Assembly (NCBI GenBank): GCA_965287045.1
Contig: OZ336874.1
Location: forward strand, 85,312,001 to 85,376,000
Direction: 5' to 3'
Length of the DNA stretch: 64,000 bases
DNA from: Carcharhinus amblyrhynchos
Lineage: Eukaryota
Translations under genes and position numbers: made by a program
The notes under the pieces: generated by a model
Told to the model about the DNA's origin: nothing
Database searches by the model: none
Seen by the model: the letters and a program-made list of their open reading frames with translations, nothing else
Shown: piece after piece, positions 36,967-46,880 of the stretch
Layout of the letters: every line of letters starts with the position of its first letter
How positions within the stretch are numbered: position 1 is the first letter of the stretch

Positions 36967-38992
36967 TATCTAATTGCCAGACTTTCTTCATCAATCTATG
37001 AACTTTTTCTTTCGGCATCTGACAAAGTCCTGGAAGCAAAAGCAACAGGTTGCCATTTTCCATCTTAAGAGAAAGTACAGCCCCTATGCCATCAGGTGAT
37101 GCATCACACGTCACTATGATCTGCTTGCCTGGGTCAAAGTGATTGTGGGACTTGTTTTCCTCGGTGAAAGGCTTTTCTCTAAGAATCCTACTATTGTCAA
37201 CATTCATTTTTTTTTAGAAGTTGGTGCAAGGGTGCCAAAATGGTGGACAAGTTTGGCAAAAAGTGGCCACAATCCCTTAGAAAAACTTCAACACTGCTAT
37301 GTTCTTTGGTGCAGGTACCTCTTTTATTACCTTTACCTTTTCTTCTAGCAGGTGTAACCATTTTGCATCGACTCTGAATCCTAAGTATGTGACCTAATTG
37401 GCCTGAAAAGTACATTTTTCTTTTTCCAGCTTCTTTGAATCTTTTGAGGGCTGCCTTCAAATTGGCCCTACGCACTTTGGGTGATGCCCCTGTTACTAAG
37501 ACATTGTCCAGATACACAACACCTCTTGGGATCTCTTTGAGAAGGCTTTCCATGGTGCATGGAAAGATAGAGCATGAAACATCAAAGGGTAACCTTGTAC
37601 ATTGGAATAAATACTCATGTGTATAAATGGTGACAAATTTCCTTGAGTCTTCCTCTGGCTCAAACCGTTGATACTCATGACTTAAGTCAAATTTCATCTA
37701 CTTGAGACCTCCTATCAGTTTTGTGTAAAGGTCTTCTATCCTAGGGTTAGGATATCTATCTATTTGGGCAACCTTATTCATGCTCAGCTTGTAATCATCA
37801 GAAATCCTCACTGTGCAGTCTGGTTTTAACACTGGGCCTATTGGTGCAGCCCACTCTGAGAGCTGTACCGGTTTAATTACTTCTAGGGTTTTCCAGTTGT
37901 TTCAACTCCACCTCAACTTCCTCGTGCAGAACATAAGGCACAGGCTGGGCTCTAAAAATGTTGGCATTGATCCAGGGTTCACATTAATTTTGGCCTTAAC
38001 TTCTCATATGCACCCCAGATGTCTCTGAAAGACTTCTTGATACTTGTCCAGGAATTACTGGAAAACTCTGTCTGTGATACAGAATTTTTCCAGCCAATTC
38101 AATTTGATTTGCCTCAGTCAGCCTCGTTTCATAAGGCTCGGCCTCTGCCCTTTTATTGTCATCAGAGGTAGCTGGGCAGATTGGTGCTGGTAAGACACCA
38201 GTGTTGACATCGGGCCCAAACTCCTCAGTGCCTCCACTGTCTTGGTTGCCAACTTGGCTGTTGTACTGCTCGGCTTCAAGGTTGCAAACCTCCCTGTAAA
38301 TACTTGTATGCTTACAGTCCTATTACCATGGCTGAAGTGCCTGTGTCAACCTCCACAATTAATGGATACCCGTTAACAATAAAGACTATTTTAAGGAACG
38401 TTTTTTAAATTTAACTTTACAATGTTAAGCTTATAAACTTCAAACTGCTTCTGAATCTTCCTCAAGCCTATTCATTGACATCCTCGTTTTTTTTCTCTGG
38501 GAACTAGGCACCATCTATTTGACTCTGCATCTGGCTTTAATGTGACACTTCCTATTGCATGTGAAACAAATGAACTCTTTACACTTGCATTTGTCTTGGG
38601 GATGGTCTCCTCCATAACAAAAACACTTGACAAACTCATGTGGCTCGTGACTTATCTTCCTTTTTTCAGGCTCTGCTGTGCTCTCAGTATGGGTATTTCG
38701 AGCAGCCATCATTTTAATTTCCCTTGCTTTGAACAGCTTTCAGATCAAATGTGTTCTGTTCTGTACTTTCAGCCATTGAGTCAATTCAGCACCTTGTCCA
38801 GGGATATTTTAGTTTCTGCCAACAACTTCTTCTGAATGTTCCAGTTAGTAATATCATATATGAGACTATCATGTAACACATCAAACTCAGTGTTCAGCCA
38901 TTTGGCAAAGCCTGGCAACCAAACAGAAACTGTCTTCCCTGCGTCCCTCACCACAGAATGGAATTTATATCACTGCATAATAATGGAGGTCA

Positions 38993-39186
38993 TGATGTGG
39001 AGATGCCAATGTTGAACTGGGGTAAACATAGTAAGAAATCTCACAACACCGGGTTAAAGTCCAACAGGTTTATTTGGTAGCAAAATCCACTAGCTTTCAA
39101 AGTGTTGCTCCTTATGAAGAAAGCTAGTGGATTTTGCTACCAAATAAATTTGTTGGACTTTATCCTGGTGTTGTGAGATTTGTTAT
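38993..39186. mobile_element. Penelope-derived foldback element in Gypsy gag, with about 15-bp TSD
   Basis: 62-nt inverted arms 39037-39098 and 39119-39180 (58/62 complementary). TSD TAATAATGGAGG(G)TCA at 38978-38992 and 39187-39202. Homologous to 55183-55370. Confidence 0.75.
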
Positions 39187-39568
39187 TAATAATGGAGGGT
39201 CAGGGATTGTTGTGATCCCTCACTGAAGCGACTAGCTGGTCAATGGATTTTATATCAGGTGCCTCCGAAGATATAAGGCTTCTTACAAGATTCTATGTTG
39301 TGGCCACAAACTGTGAGCAAAATAATTCTCCGCTTTTCTTCGGAAGTTATTTCATTGGCCGCAAAAATGTATCAAAGCCTTTCAATACATTGACCCAAAT
39401 TTCAATCTCTGAATCAAATGGATTGATGTTCCTGAATAATGGCATAACTATTCAACTATGGTTGGCACAATGACTTGTTACCTTCCTTGCAGTTTTTGGG
39501 GACTCACCCTTCTCCCCTCTAAATGTTGACATTTTTACAATTCTAGGTCAACTTATTCTCTTCACCAA

Positions 39569-39802
39569 TATTACAGCACAAATAAATCTGAGAAAGCCTT
39601 AAATCACAATGGCAATTTATTGAACTATAGTTATAACTCCATATAGAACAGCTCAGTCCTAGTAGAGGCCTAGTTCCCCCAACTCCCGGGCTCACATTGC
39701 AGGTTCCACTTATCTAGACCCGTGCCCTAACACCTGATAGGCTGAGGTTTGTGCGCTCCACTTCAATAGACCACCACCCTTTAAAGGAGCCATGCTATTA
39801 CA
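39569..39802 (-). repeat. Gypsy 5' LTR
   Basis: Begins TGTAAT on minus; aligns with 34834-35082 (AAGCCTTAA.TCACAATG, ATTTATTGAAC, GGCTCACATTGCA.GTTCCAC, ATAGGCTGAGGTT). Followed by TGGTGAAGAGAAT (39567-39555), a 10/13 match to the tRNA-Ser(GCU) PBS TGGCGACGAGGAT. Confidence 0.85.
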
Positions 39803-40405
39803 CTTACCTACTCCCTATAATTTTTACCGGTTGTGTATCAATAATCTATCTACCTCTGCCTTAAAAAGATTCAATTATTTTGCTTCCACTGCCCTTTGAG
39901 AAAGAGACTCTGCAGACTCACTGACCAAAATTCTCCCATTCCATCTGCCACAGGAATCATAGTGGGCGGGAGGCAGGGGGAGGAGTGGGGGACCATGCAA
40001 ATGACCTCGGGTGGGATTTCCCAGTTTTCGGGCAAGAACAGCTGGAAAATCTCACCCACTGGGCATGATGTACAGCCTTCCTTGAGCGGGACCAGAAATT
40101 CCCGCCCAAGGTCAATGGACACTTCCATTGTCTGCCTCTTGTCTGCTCCGATTTGTGATGGGTGGGGCGGTAGAATTCCGGTAACTGTCTTTGAAAAAAA
40201 ATCTCTTAACCTCTGTCTTAACTAGGTGACCTCTTATTTTGTAACAGTGACCCTGAGTTCTAGATTCTCCACGAGAGGAAATATTCTTTCCACATCCACC
40301 CTGCCAAGAACCCCTTCCCAGGATCCTAAAGGTTTCAATCAATTCACCTCTTGTTCATCTAAACTCCAGTGGATATAAACCTAACCTCTCTGACTTTTCT
40401 TCATT
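39803..40405 (-). mobile_element. CR1 3' fragment hosting the MITE pair and probably the Gypsy
   Basis: Remnant MIETFRIL...GESRTQGHCYKIRGHLVKTEVKRFFF (ORF 40112-40342); the tail end appears to continue at about 34772-34833. Confidence 0.75.
39923..40183. mobile_element. Head-to-head pair of M1 MITEs with triplicated ACT target
   Basis: Units 39923-40057 (minus) and 40061-40183 (plus); ACT at 39920-39922, 40058-40060 and 40184-40186. Confidence 0.7.
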
Positions 40406-42158
40406 TCTTACTTGGAGGACTCAGCACAAGCAGCAGGTACGCATGCTCCTGACCTGCTTTTTCATTTGTCAACCAATCTGTGTTGATGCAGGACGGGATC
40501 TCCCACAAGAGGGAGAGAGCCAGGACCTGCCAGGGAGTTGCTGCAATTGAGGACATTTTCCCCTTACAGGGAGCAGATGGCAGAACTGACTGGAGATGAG
40601 AAGGATCATTTCTGTGTGGAGGACAAGATTGGCCTCTCCCAAAAAGCCAGTGGGGTCTATCCGGTATACCTTGGCCTCACGTGGACAATGACTGTGAGTG
40701 ACTTATAATATAGCTGCCTGTCTAGTCAATCACTAATTCAGTGATTCCCAATCTCTTATCTGTCACAGCGCACCATTATACTGTAAAGATCCTGAGGCAC
40801 ACCTCCAATATTCTCTAACTGAGCAGTTCAAGACAACGGTTGGGGATGGCACTAACACAGTCATCAAAGTACCTGGGAACATAAGAATGATTACAAGCAA
40901 TAATGGTCAATATATCTTGCACAAAGATGAGATAGATATCACACATGCAGGCTCTCTCAGAATGTGAGTGTGGAACATCCCTATGTTTACAGCCGAGGTC
41001 TGCACATCCACTTTTTACAGGTATCAAGATGACGAACATATGAGGTTTTTCATTCCTAAATCAGAAGCTGTGAGGAAGAAGCTTTTTTCACATGGAATGG
41101 AGAGTGAATGAATGATTCAGTTCCAAATGGGCCCTCGTGATTTCCCAGGAACAGACAATGGGCGAGGATTGGCTGTGAAACAGCCTTCTGATGTCAGTCA
41201 GGGAAGTATCCAAACTCTGTCTATTTAAGGACATCTCAGATTTTACTGGACTTTGGGCCAGAGAGGGAAAAGCTGACATGGACAGAAATGGAAATGAACT
41301 TCTGGAGCACAGTTCTGAGCTCAGAAAGAAGTGAATTGTGTTGTTGGACAGTCAGGGCAGAATGAATCAGTTAAGAAGCATTCAGAGCCTGAAGAAGGGA
41401 GAGAGATATGCGAAGGGAGGAATTAATGTTCCATATAAGTCAGAAAATATTCAAACCGAAAGCTTACACAATTTATGTCAGATATTTGATAAAGTAAGTT
41501 AAAAGAGCCTAAAACCTCCAGTTTGGATGGATTGCATCCAACCACGTTGAAAAAATAGAGGGGGCTACAGCAAGCATTCTATTATCTGTATTATTAATAA
41601 TAATCAGAACATTATCAAATGACTGAAAGACAACTTATGTTATTTCTGTATTTAAAACATCAGATAGAACAAATCTAAGAATTACTGTTTTCTCCTGGAA
41701 TGTCACCATTTGAAAACTGCCGTTGTCTTTAAAAATTTGTTAGCATTTAAAAGGGACCCAATGCATGTTAAATATGAACACCATTGCTGTGTGAATTGCC
41801 TGCATGTGTGTATTAATACAGACAATATTTTCACTTATCTCCTGCGACAAACTGACTGGGCCACTTTTAGTGGTGGGCTCTGTAGGATTGTAGAAGACAT
41901 CCTAGGAGGTAGACTAGTCTTGGTGCTCCAAATGAGTGAGTGAATGCTATTGGCAGGCAAAATGCAACTTGTGCTCCACAGCCCTGGTAGCCGAAGCAGA
42001 GTTATTGGATGTGAAAAAGAGATTAACATATTTCAATCTGATCTAGAATGGTTCCATAAAGCTTTTGAATAAAGACAGGATATGGACAATTGTATATTTG
42101 TTTGATTTATAAATTTATAAACTTATTTGTTTGAATTACCAGATAGAGTTTCTTTTCG

Positions 42159-42242
42159 TAGAATCATAGAATCCCTTCAGTGCAGCGAGAGGCCATTCAG
42201 TCCATCAAACCTACACCGACAACAATCCCACCCAGGCCCTAT
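42159..42242 (-). mobile_element. V-SINE tail-A fragment
   Basis: Matches the 3' ends of 44053-44345 and 60606-60894 (GAATGGCCTC...GCACTG..GGGATTCTATGATTCTA). Confidence 0.75.
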
Positions 42243-43169
42243 TTTGTTTTAAATGCAGCTGATGTGAGGTGATCACGTTGGAATTGGCAGGGATTGGTCT
42301 TGAATAGTAAACTGGAGACTGTTCTGTACGTAGCTGGGCATATGCCCCTTTAAGAGAATGGTTCAGATAATCTGGGGCACAAACTCCACCCTGGGTGGAG
42401 CTTGCTAGGACAGTCTTGTATTGAATTTGCTGCTGACACGACATTATATAACGTTCCTGTTTGTTTTAACCTACTTACCTTGTGGTCTCTTTATAGTCTG
42501 TGATTAGACATCCTACACAATAGAAACCATTTAAACAGATTCGTGGGAATACAGAGGAACACATAGACCAGGTTAACCTGGCTGAAGGGAATTTACTCCA
42601 AATGACTGGGGTTTGTCGGATGGTTTGATGAAAGGCTGTGTGTGCAGGATGCCAGCAGTTGCGGCACTCTTGCACTCTTCTCACCAGTGTGCTATGGCAC
42701 AGTGGTTGAATACCACTGCACTAATTATTTTCTGTATTCCAGCCACCAGCAAGAAAGGGCAAAAGGAGATCACCAGCCAGTACATCAAACCCAGCCCCCA
42801 GACTACTTTGGATGAGAATCCTGAGGAAAAGTCTGATGAAGACCCGTCATTGCGTTCACCTGAAACCTCCACAAATGTGGGTGCTCAGACTTTGGTAAGT
42901 CCTGGTTCCTAGGTTCAGGTCATTCCCTGGTGATCGCCTCACAGACAAGTGTCCACAGTGGGTAAAGGCAGTGCCAACTGACGTCTCTGACACTTGGAGG
43001 ACTGCTGGAGATTAGGCCCCTGCTGAGCCTGAGTCGATGATGAGCCTCTGGAATCAATCCTGAGAGAGATATTGGAGCTGCAAAGGCAGGTAGGAAAGTA
43101 TCAGGCAGGGTAGTCAGAGGCCATCAGCAGATTGGACTGAAGGATGGAGTAGTCCATTCCTAGACTTCT

Positions 43170-43520
43170 AGAGTTAAATTAGGAGGAGAGAATATAGAAG
43201 GTTAAGGGTTGATTTAATCAAAGCTTTCAAAATATTAAGGGGAACAGATAAGGTGTATAGAGACAAAATATTTCCATGGCTTGGGAACATTAACCTTTGA
43301 GTACTGAAATTAGGAAACACTCTTGCATGGGAAGCAGGTAGAAATATTGAATTGCCTTTTGCAAACAGCAATTGTGTTAGATCAATTATTAATTTTAAAT
43401 CTGAAATTGATAACTTTTGTTAACCAAAGGTAATGAGGAATGTAGGGCAAAGACAGGTATATGCAGCTAGGTGGCAGATCAGAGAGATGAATGGCTTACT
43501 CCTGCTTCTATTTTCTTATC
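43170..43520 (+). mobile_element. Old CR1 3' fragment
   Basis: RRLRVDLIKAFKILRGTDKV remnant and GAATGGCTTACTCCTGCTTCTAT tail. Confidence 0.7.
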
Positions 43521-44052
43521 TATTTGGAAATGGAGGAAAAATAAGTTGGTTGATGATTGTTTCTTGGAAGCATTCATTAAAGAGGGAAACACTGGCTTAC
43601 TATTCGATTACAGCCCCACCATTTATGTTGGAACATTTGTGTTAGTGCTTTCTGTCCACTGTATGAGGAGTGCTGTAAAGTCAGCAGCAACAGTAGGGTT
43701 TGGAGATCCTGGCGCTATACAAGATCATATTGGTTCATCTTCAGCAGTTCATCCATCTTACTTAGGAGGTCAGTTTTCATGCTGAGGTTCATCACTTTCC
43801 TCTTACCAGCCATGTTTTTTGCTGCAGTCAATGCTGATTAGTGTGAGATTTATCCCGATAACAGTGACAGGAGATTAAGTAGCCAAGGTAATCACACTTA
43901 CACAAGGTATATGAACTGCTGATTGAACAGCTAAGTCTGCCTGGAATAGCCGATGCATTTAATATGGTGCAACTTAGTGCCACTCTGAGTAACTCCTATC
44001 GGAATGGCAAATGGATAGTGTTAATTCCCCAATATGAATGTTTGCCTACATT

Positions 44053-44345
44053 GGCATGGTGGCACTACTGTCTCATAGCACCAGGGATCTGGATTCAATT
44101 CCAGCCTCAGGTCACTGTCCATGTGGAGTTTGCATGTTCTCCCTCTGTATGAGTGCTTTTCTTCCCACACTCCAAAAATGTGTGGATTGGATGGATCAGC
44201 CATGCCACATTATCCCTTAGAATCTGGGGGATTAGCAGCATAAATATTTGGGGTTACGGGGTTAGGGTCTGGATGGATTTGTGTCAGTGCAGGCATGATG
44301 GGTTGAATGGCCTCCTTCTTCACTGTAGGGATTCTATGATTCTGA
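44053..44345 (+). mobile_element. HE1-like V-SINE, tail type A (CR1/HER1-derived)
   Basis: tRNA head, V-core CTTCCCACACTCCAAAAATGTG, tail GAATGGCCTCCTTCTTCACTGTAGGGATTCTATGATTCT. Confidence 0.9.
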
Positions 44346-44494
44346 CTAGGATGGAATTGTTTTAATTGGGGATGCTAAAAGTGATGAGGACTGTATTGTT
44401 GGACAAATAGAGAGATAGGGGAGCAAATCTACAGAGGAATGACAGAGATGTGCAAGAACTGTAGATACTGTTGATATTGGGTGACTTTGATTCA

Positions 44495-44712
44495 GAAATA
44501 ATGTTCCGGATGATTGGGAAGTCCAGAGCTAGGGATCATAGTTTGAGAATAAGGGGTAAACATTTAGAACTGAGGTGAGGAGAAATTTCTTCACCCAGAG
44601 GGTGGTGAATGTGTGGAATTCACTACCACAGAAAGTAGTTGAGGCCAAAATGTTGTCTGATTTCAAGAAGAAATTAGATATAACTCTTGGGGTTAAAGGG
44701 ATCAAGGGATAT
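44495..44712 (+). mobile_element. CR1 3' fragment (host), resuming at 46079-46128
   Basis: RRNFFTQRVVNVWNSLPQKVVEAKMLSDFKKKLDITLGVKGIKGY; the 3' UTR CAGGATATTGAATTTGATGATCAGCCAT resumes after the inserted copy. Confidence 0.85.
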
Positions 44713-46068
44713 AAGAACATAAGAAATAGGAGCAGGAGTAGGCCAACTAGCCCTTCGAGCCTGCCCCGCCATTCAATAAGATCATGGCTGATCTGTCGTG
44801 GCTCAGTTCCACATTCCCGCCCTCTCCCCATAACCCTTAATCCCCTCTCTTATCAAAAACCCATCAACCCGCATCTTAAAAATATTTAGCAAGGTGGCCT
44901 CCACCACTTCAACGGGCAGAGAATTCCAGAGATTCACCACCCTTTGAGTGAAGAAGTTCCTCCTCAACTCTGTTCTAAACCGCCCCCCCCCCCCTTTATC
45001 TTGAGGCTGTGCCCCCTAGTCCTACTATCCTTTCTGAGCGGGAAGAGTCTCTCCACCTCTATCCTATCCATCCCATTCATCATCTTATACGTCTCAATGA
45101 GATCTCCCCTCATTCTTCTAAACTCTAACGAGTACAAGCCTAATTTATTCAGCCTCTCCTCATAGCTCAACCCCCTCAACTCCGGCATCAGCCTAGTAAA
45201 CCTCCTCTGCACTCCCTCCAAGGCCAAAATATCCTTGCGTAAGTACGGCGCCCAAAACTGCACACAGTACTCCAGCTGCGGCCTCACCAATGCCCTATAC
45301 AGCTGCAGCAAGACCTCCCTACTTTTATATTCAATCACCCTCGCGATGAAGGCCAGCATCCCATTCGCCTTCCTGACCACCTGCTGCACCTGCAAGCTGG
45401 GTTTTTGCGACTCATGCACAAGGACCCCGAGGTCCCTCTGCACCGTCGCCTGCTGCAGTTTTTCTCCACGTAAGTAATAATCCTTCCTACCATTATTCCT
45501 ACCAAAGTGGACCACCTCGCACTTGCCAACATTAAATTCCATTTGCCATTTCCTGGCCCATTCGCCCAGCCTATCTAGATCCTTCTGTAGACTCTCCCCA
45601 CCCTCTGCACAATTTGCCTTTCCACCAATTTTGGTGTCATCAGCAAATTTCGACACCCTACACTCGGTTCCCTCCTCCAGATCATCTATATAAATGGTAA
45701 ATAGCTGAGGCCCCAGCACCGACCCCTGGGGCACTCCACTAGTCACCATCCGCCAATCCGAATAGCACCCATTGACCCCCACTCTCTGCCTCCTATTTGA
45801 CAACCAGTCCTCTATCCACGCTTACACCCTACCCCCAACTCCATGCCCCCTGACCTTCTGCAATAACCTCTTGTGAGGTACCTTGTCAAACGCCTTCTGA
45901 AAATCAAGAAAGACCACATCCACCGGCTCTCCTCTATCCACCGCCCTAGACACATCCTCATAGAACTCCAGTAAATTTGTCAGACACGACTTCCCTTTAA
46001 CGAAACCGTGCTGCGTCTGCTCTATCAAGCAGTTCCCCTCAAGATGCCTCGCTATTTCCTCCTTGATG
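44711..46068 (-). mobile_element. Young CR1 LINE, 5' truncated within RT; sister of 23147-24086
   Basis: RT motifs QHGFVKGKSCLTNL, DFQKAFDKVPH, GVPQGSVLGP, FADD; one in-frame TAA (45824-45822) and a poly-C frameshift near 44983-44994. Confidence 0.95.
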
Positions 46069-46149
46069 ACGGATTGGCCAGGATATTGAATTTGATGATC
46101 AGCCATAATCAAAATGATTGTTTCTATGAACTATCCCAGCAGATCTTGT

Positions 46150-46512
46150 TGGGGAGGTGATGGCCTAGTGGTATTATCGCTTGACTATTAATCCAGAAAC
46201 TCAACTAATGTCCTAGGGACCTGGGTTTGAATCCCACCAAGGCAGATGATGGAGTTTAATTTCAATAAAAATATATCTGGAATTTAGAATCTTCTGATGA
46301 CCATAAACCACTGTTGATTGTCGGAAAAACCCATCTGGTTCATTAGTATCCTTTGAGGAAGAAAATTTGCCATCCTTACCTGGTCAGGCCTACATGTGAC
46401 TCCAGAGCCATAGCAATGTGGTTGACTCTCAACTGCTGTCAGGCAACTAGGGATGGGCAATAAATGCTGGCCAGCCAGCGATGCCCATGTTCCATGAATG
46501 AATAAAAAAAAA
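46150..46512 (+). mobile_element. tRNA-headed SINE, group B, near full length
   Basis: A box TGGCCTAGTGG, B box GGTTTGAATCC, tail GGCAACTAGGGATGGGCAATAAATGCTGGCCAGCCAGCG...AATAAAAAAAAA. Confidence 0.85.
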
Positions 46513-46736
46513 CAATTTAGAGGCAGTATGCCAAAATTAAGTGAATTGAAGACTAAGAAATTCCTTTGGCTGGAAGTGTACTAGAGAGAAATTTGTGGAG
46601 AATGTGGGAGGATGGGGAATTTTCCCATCATCCCATTGATTGGAAGTCAAGCATATATAGCAACTACAGATAAAAAATGAAAATAAATCCAGCTGGGTTA
46701 ACTGCAGAGCCCTGACATCACCATCAAGTTAAATGT

Positions 46737-46880
46737 GCTGGTTAGAAGCACTGACCACGCTAAATTCTCCCTTAGTGTACCCGAACAGGTGTCGGAGTGT
46801 GGTGACTCGGGGATTTTCATAGTAACTTCATTGCAGTGTAAATGTAAGCCTACTTGTGAGACGAATAAATAAACTTTAAA
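46737..46880 (+). mobile_element. V-SINE 3' half, tail type B
   Basis: CCGAACAGGTGTCGGAGTGTGGTGACTCGGGGATTTTCATAGTAACTTCATTGCAGTG...AATAAATAAACTTTAAA. Confidence 0.85.

Larger units (their letters stand above)
34834..39802 (-). mobile_element. Decayed full-length Ty3/Gypsy LTR retrotransposon
   Basis: Two homologous LTRs, PBS and PPT. In order on minus: gag (IQKKLLAE; zinc knuckle CFTCNRKCHIKARC in ORF 38515-38712), protease (VEVDTGTS near 38345), RT (KFDLS, YLDN near 37510), RNase H (CDASPDGIGAVLS; KKFHQYVY.RHFTIISDHKPLLG). Many stops and frameshifts; integrase mostly unrecognisable. Confidence 0.9.
34152..43160 (+). mobile_element. Fragmented PIF/Harbinger-type element: decayed three-exon Myb/SANT-like ORF
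   Basis: Exon-like piece at 34420-34596 (PEFSETLLE, PSWEEATGEVS, VNDLIWSA, then AG|GTGAG donor). Second piece at 40492-40650 (CAG| DGISHKRERARTCQG, compare RERxxTGGG). Third piece at 42743-43160 after a TTCCAG acceptor. Family assignment is inferred from motif recall. Confidence 0.45.
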
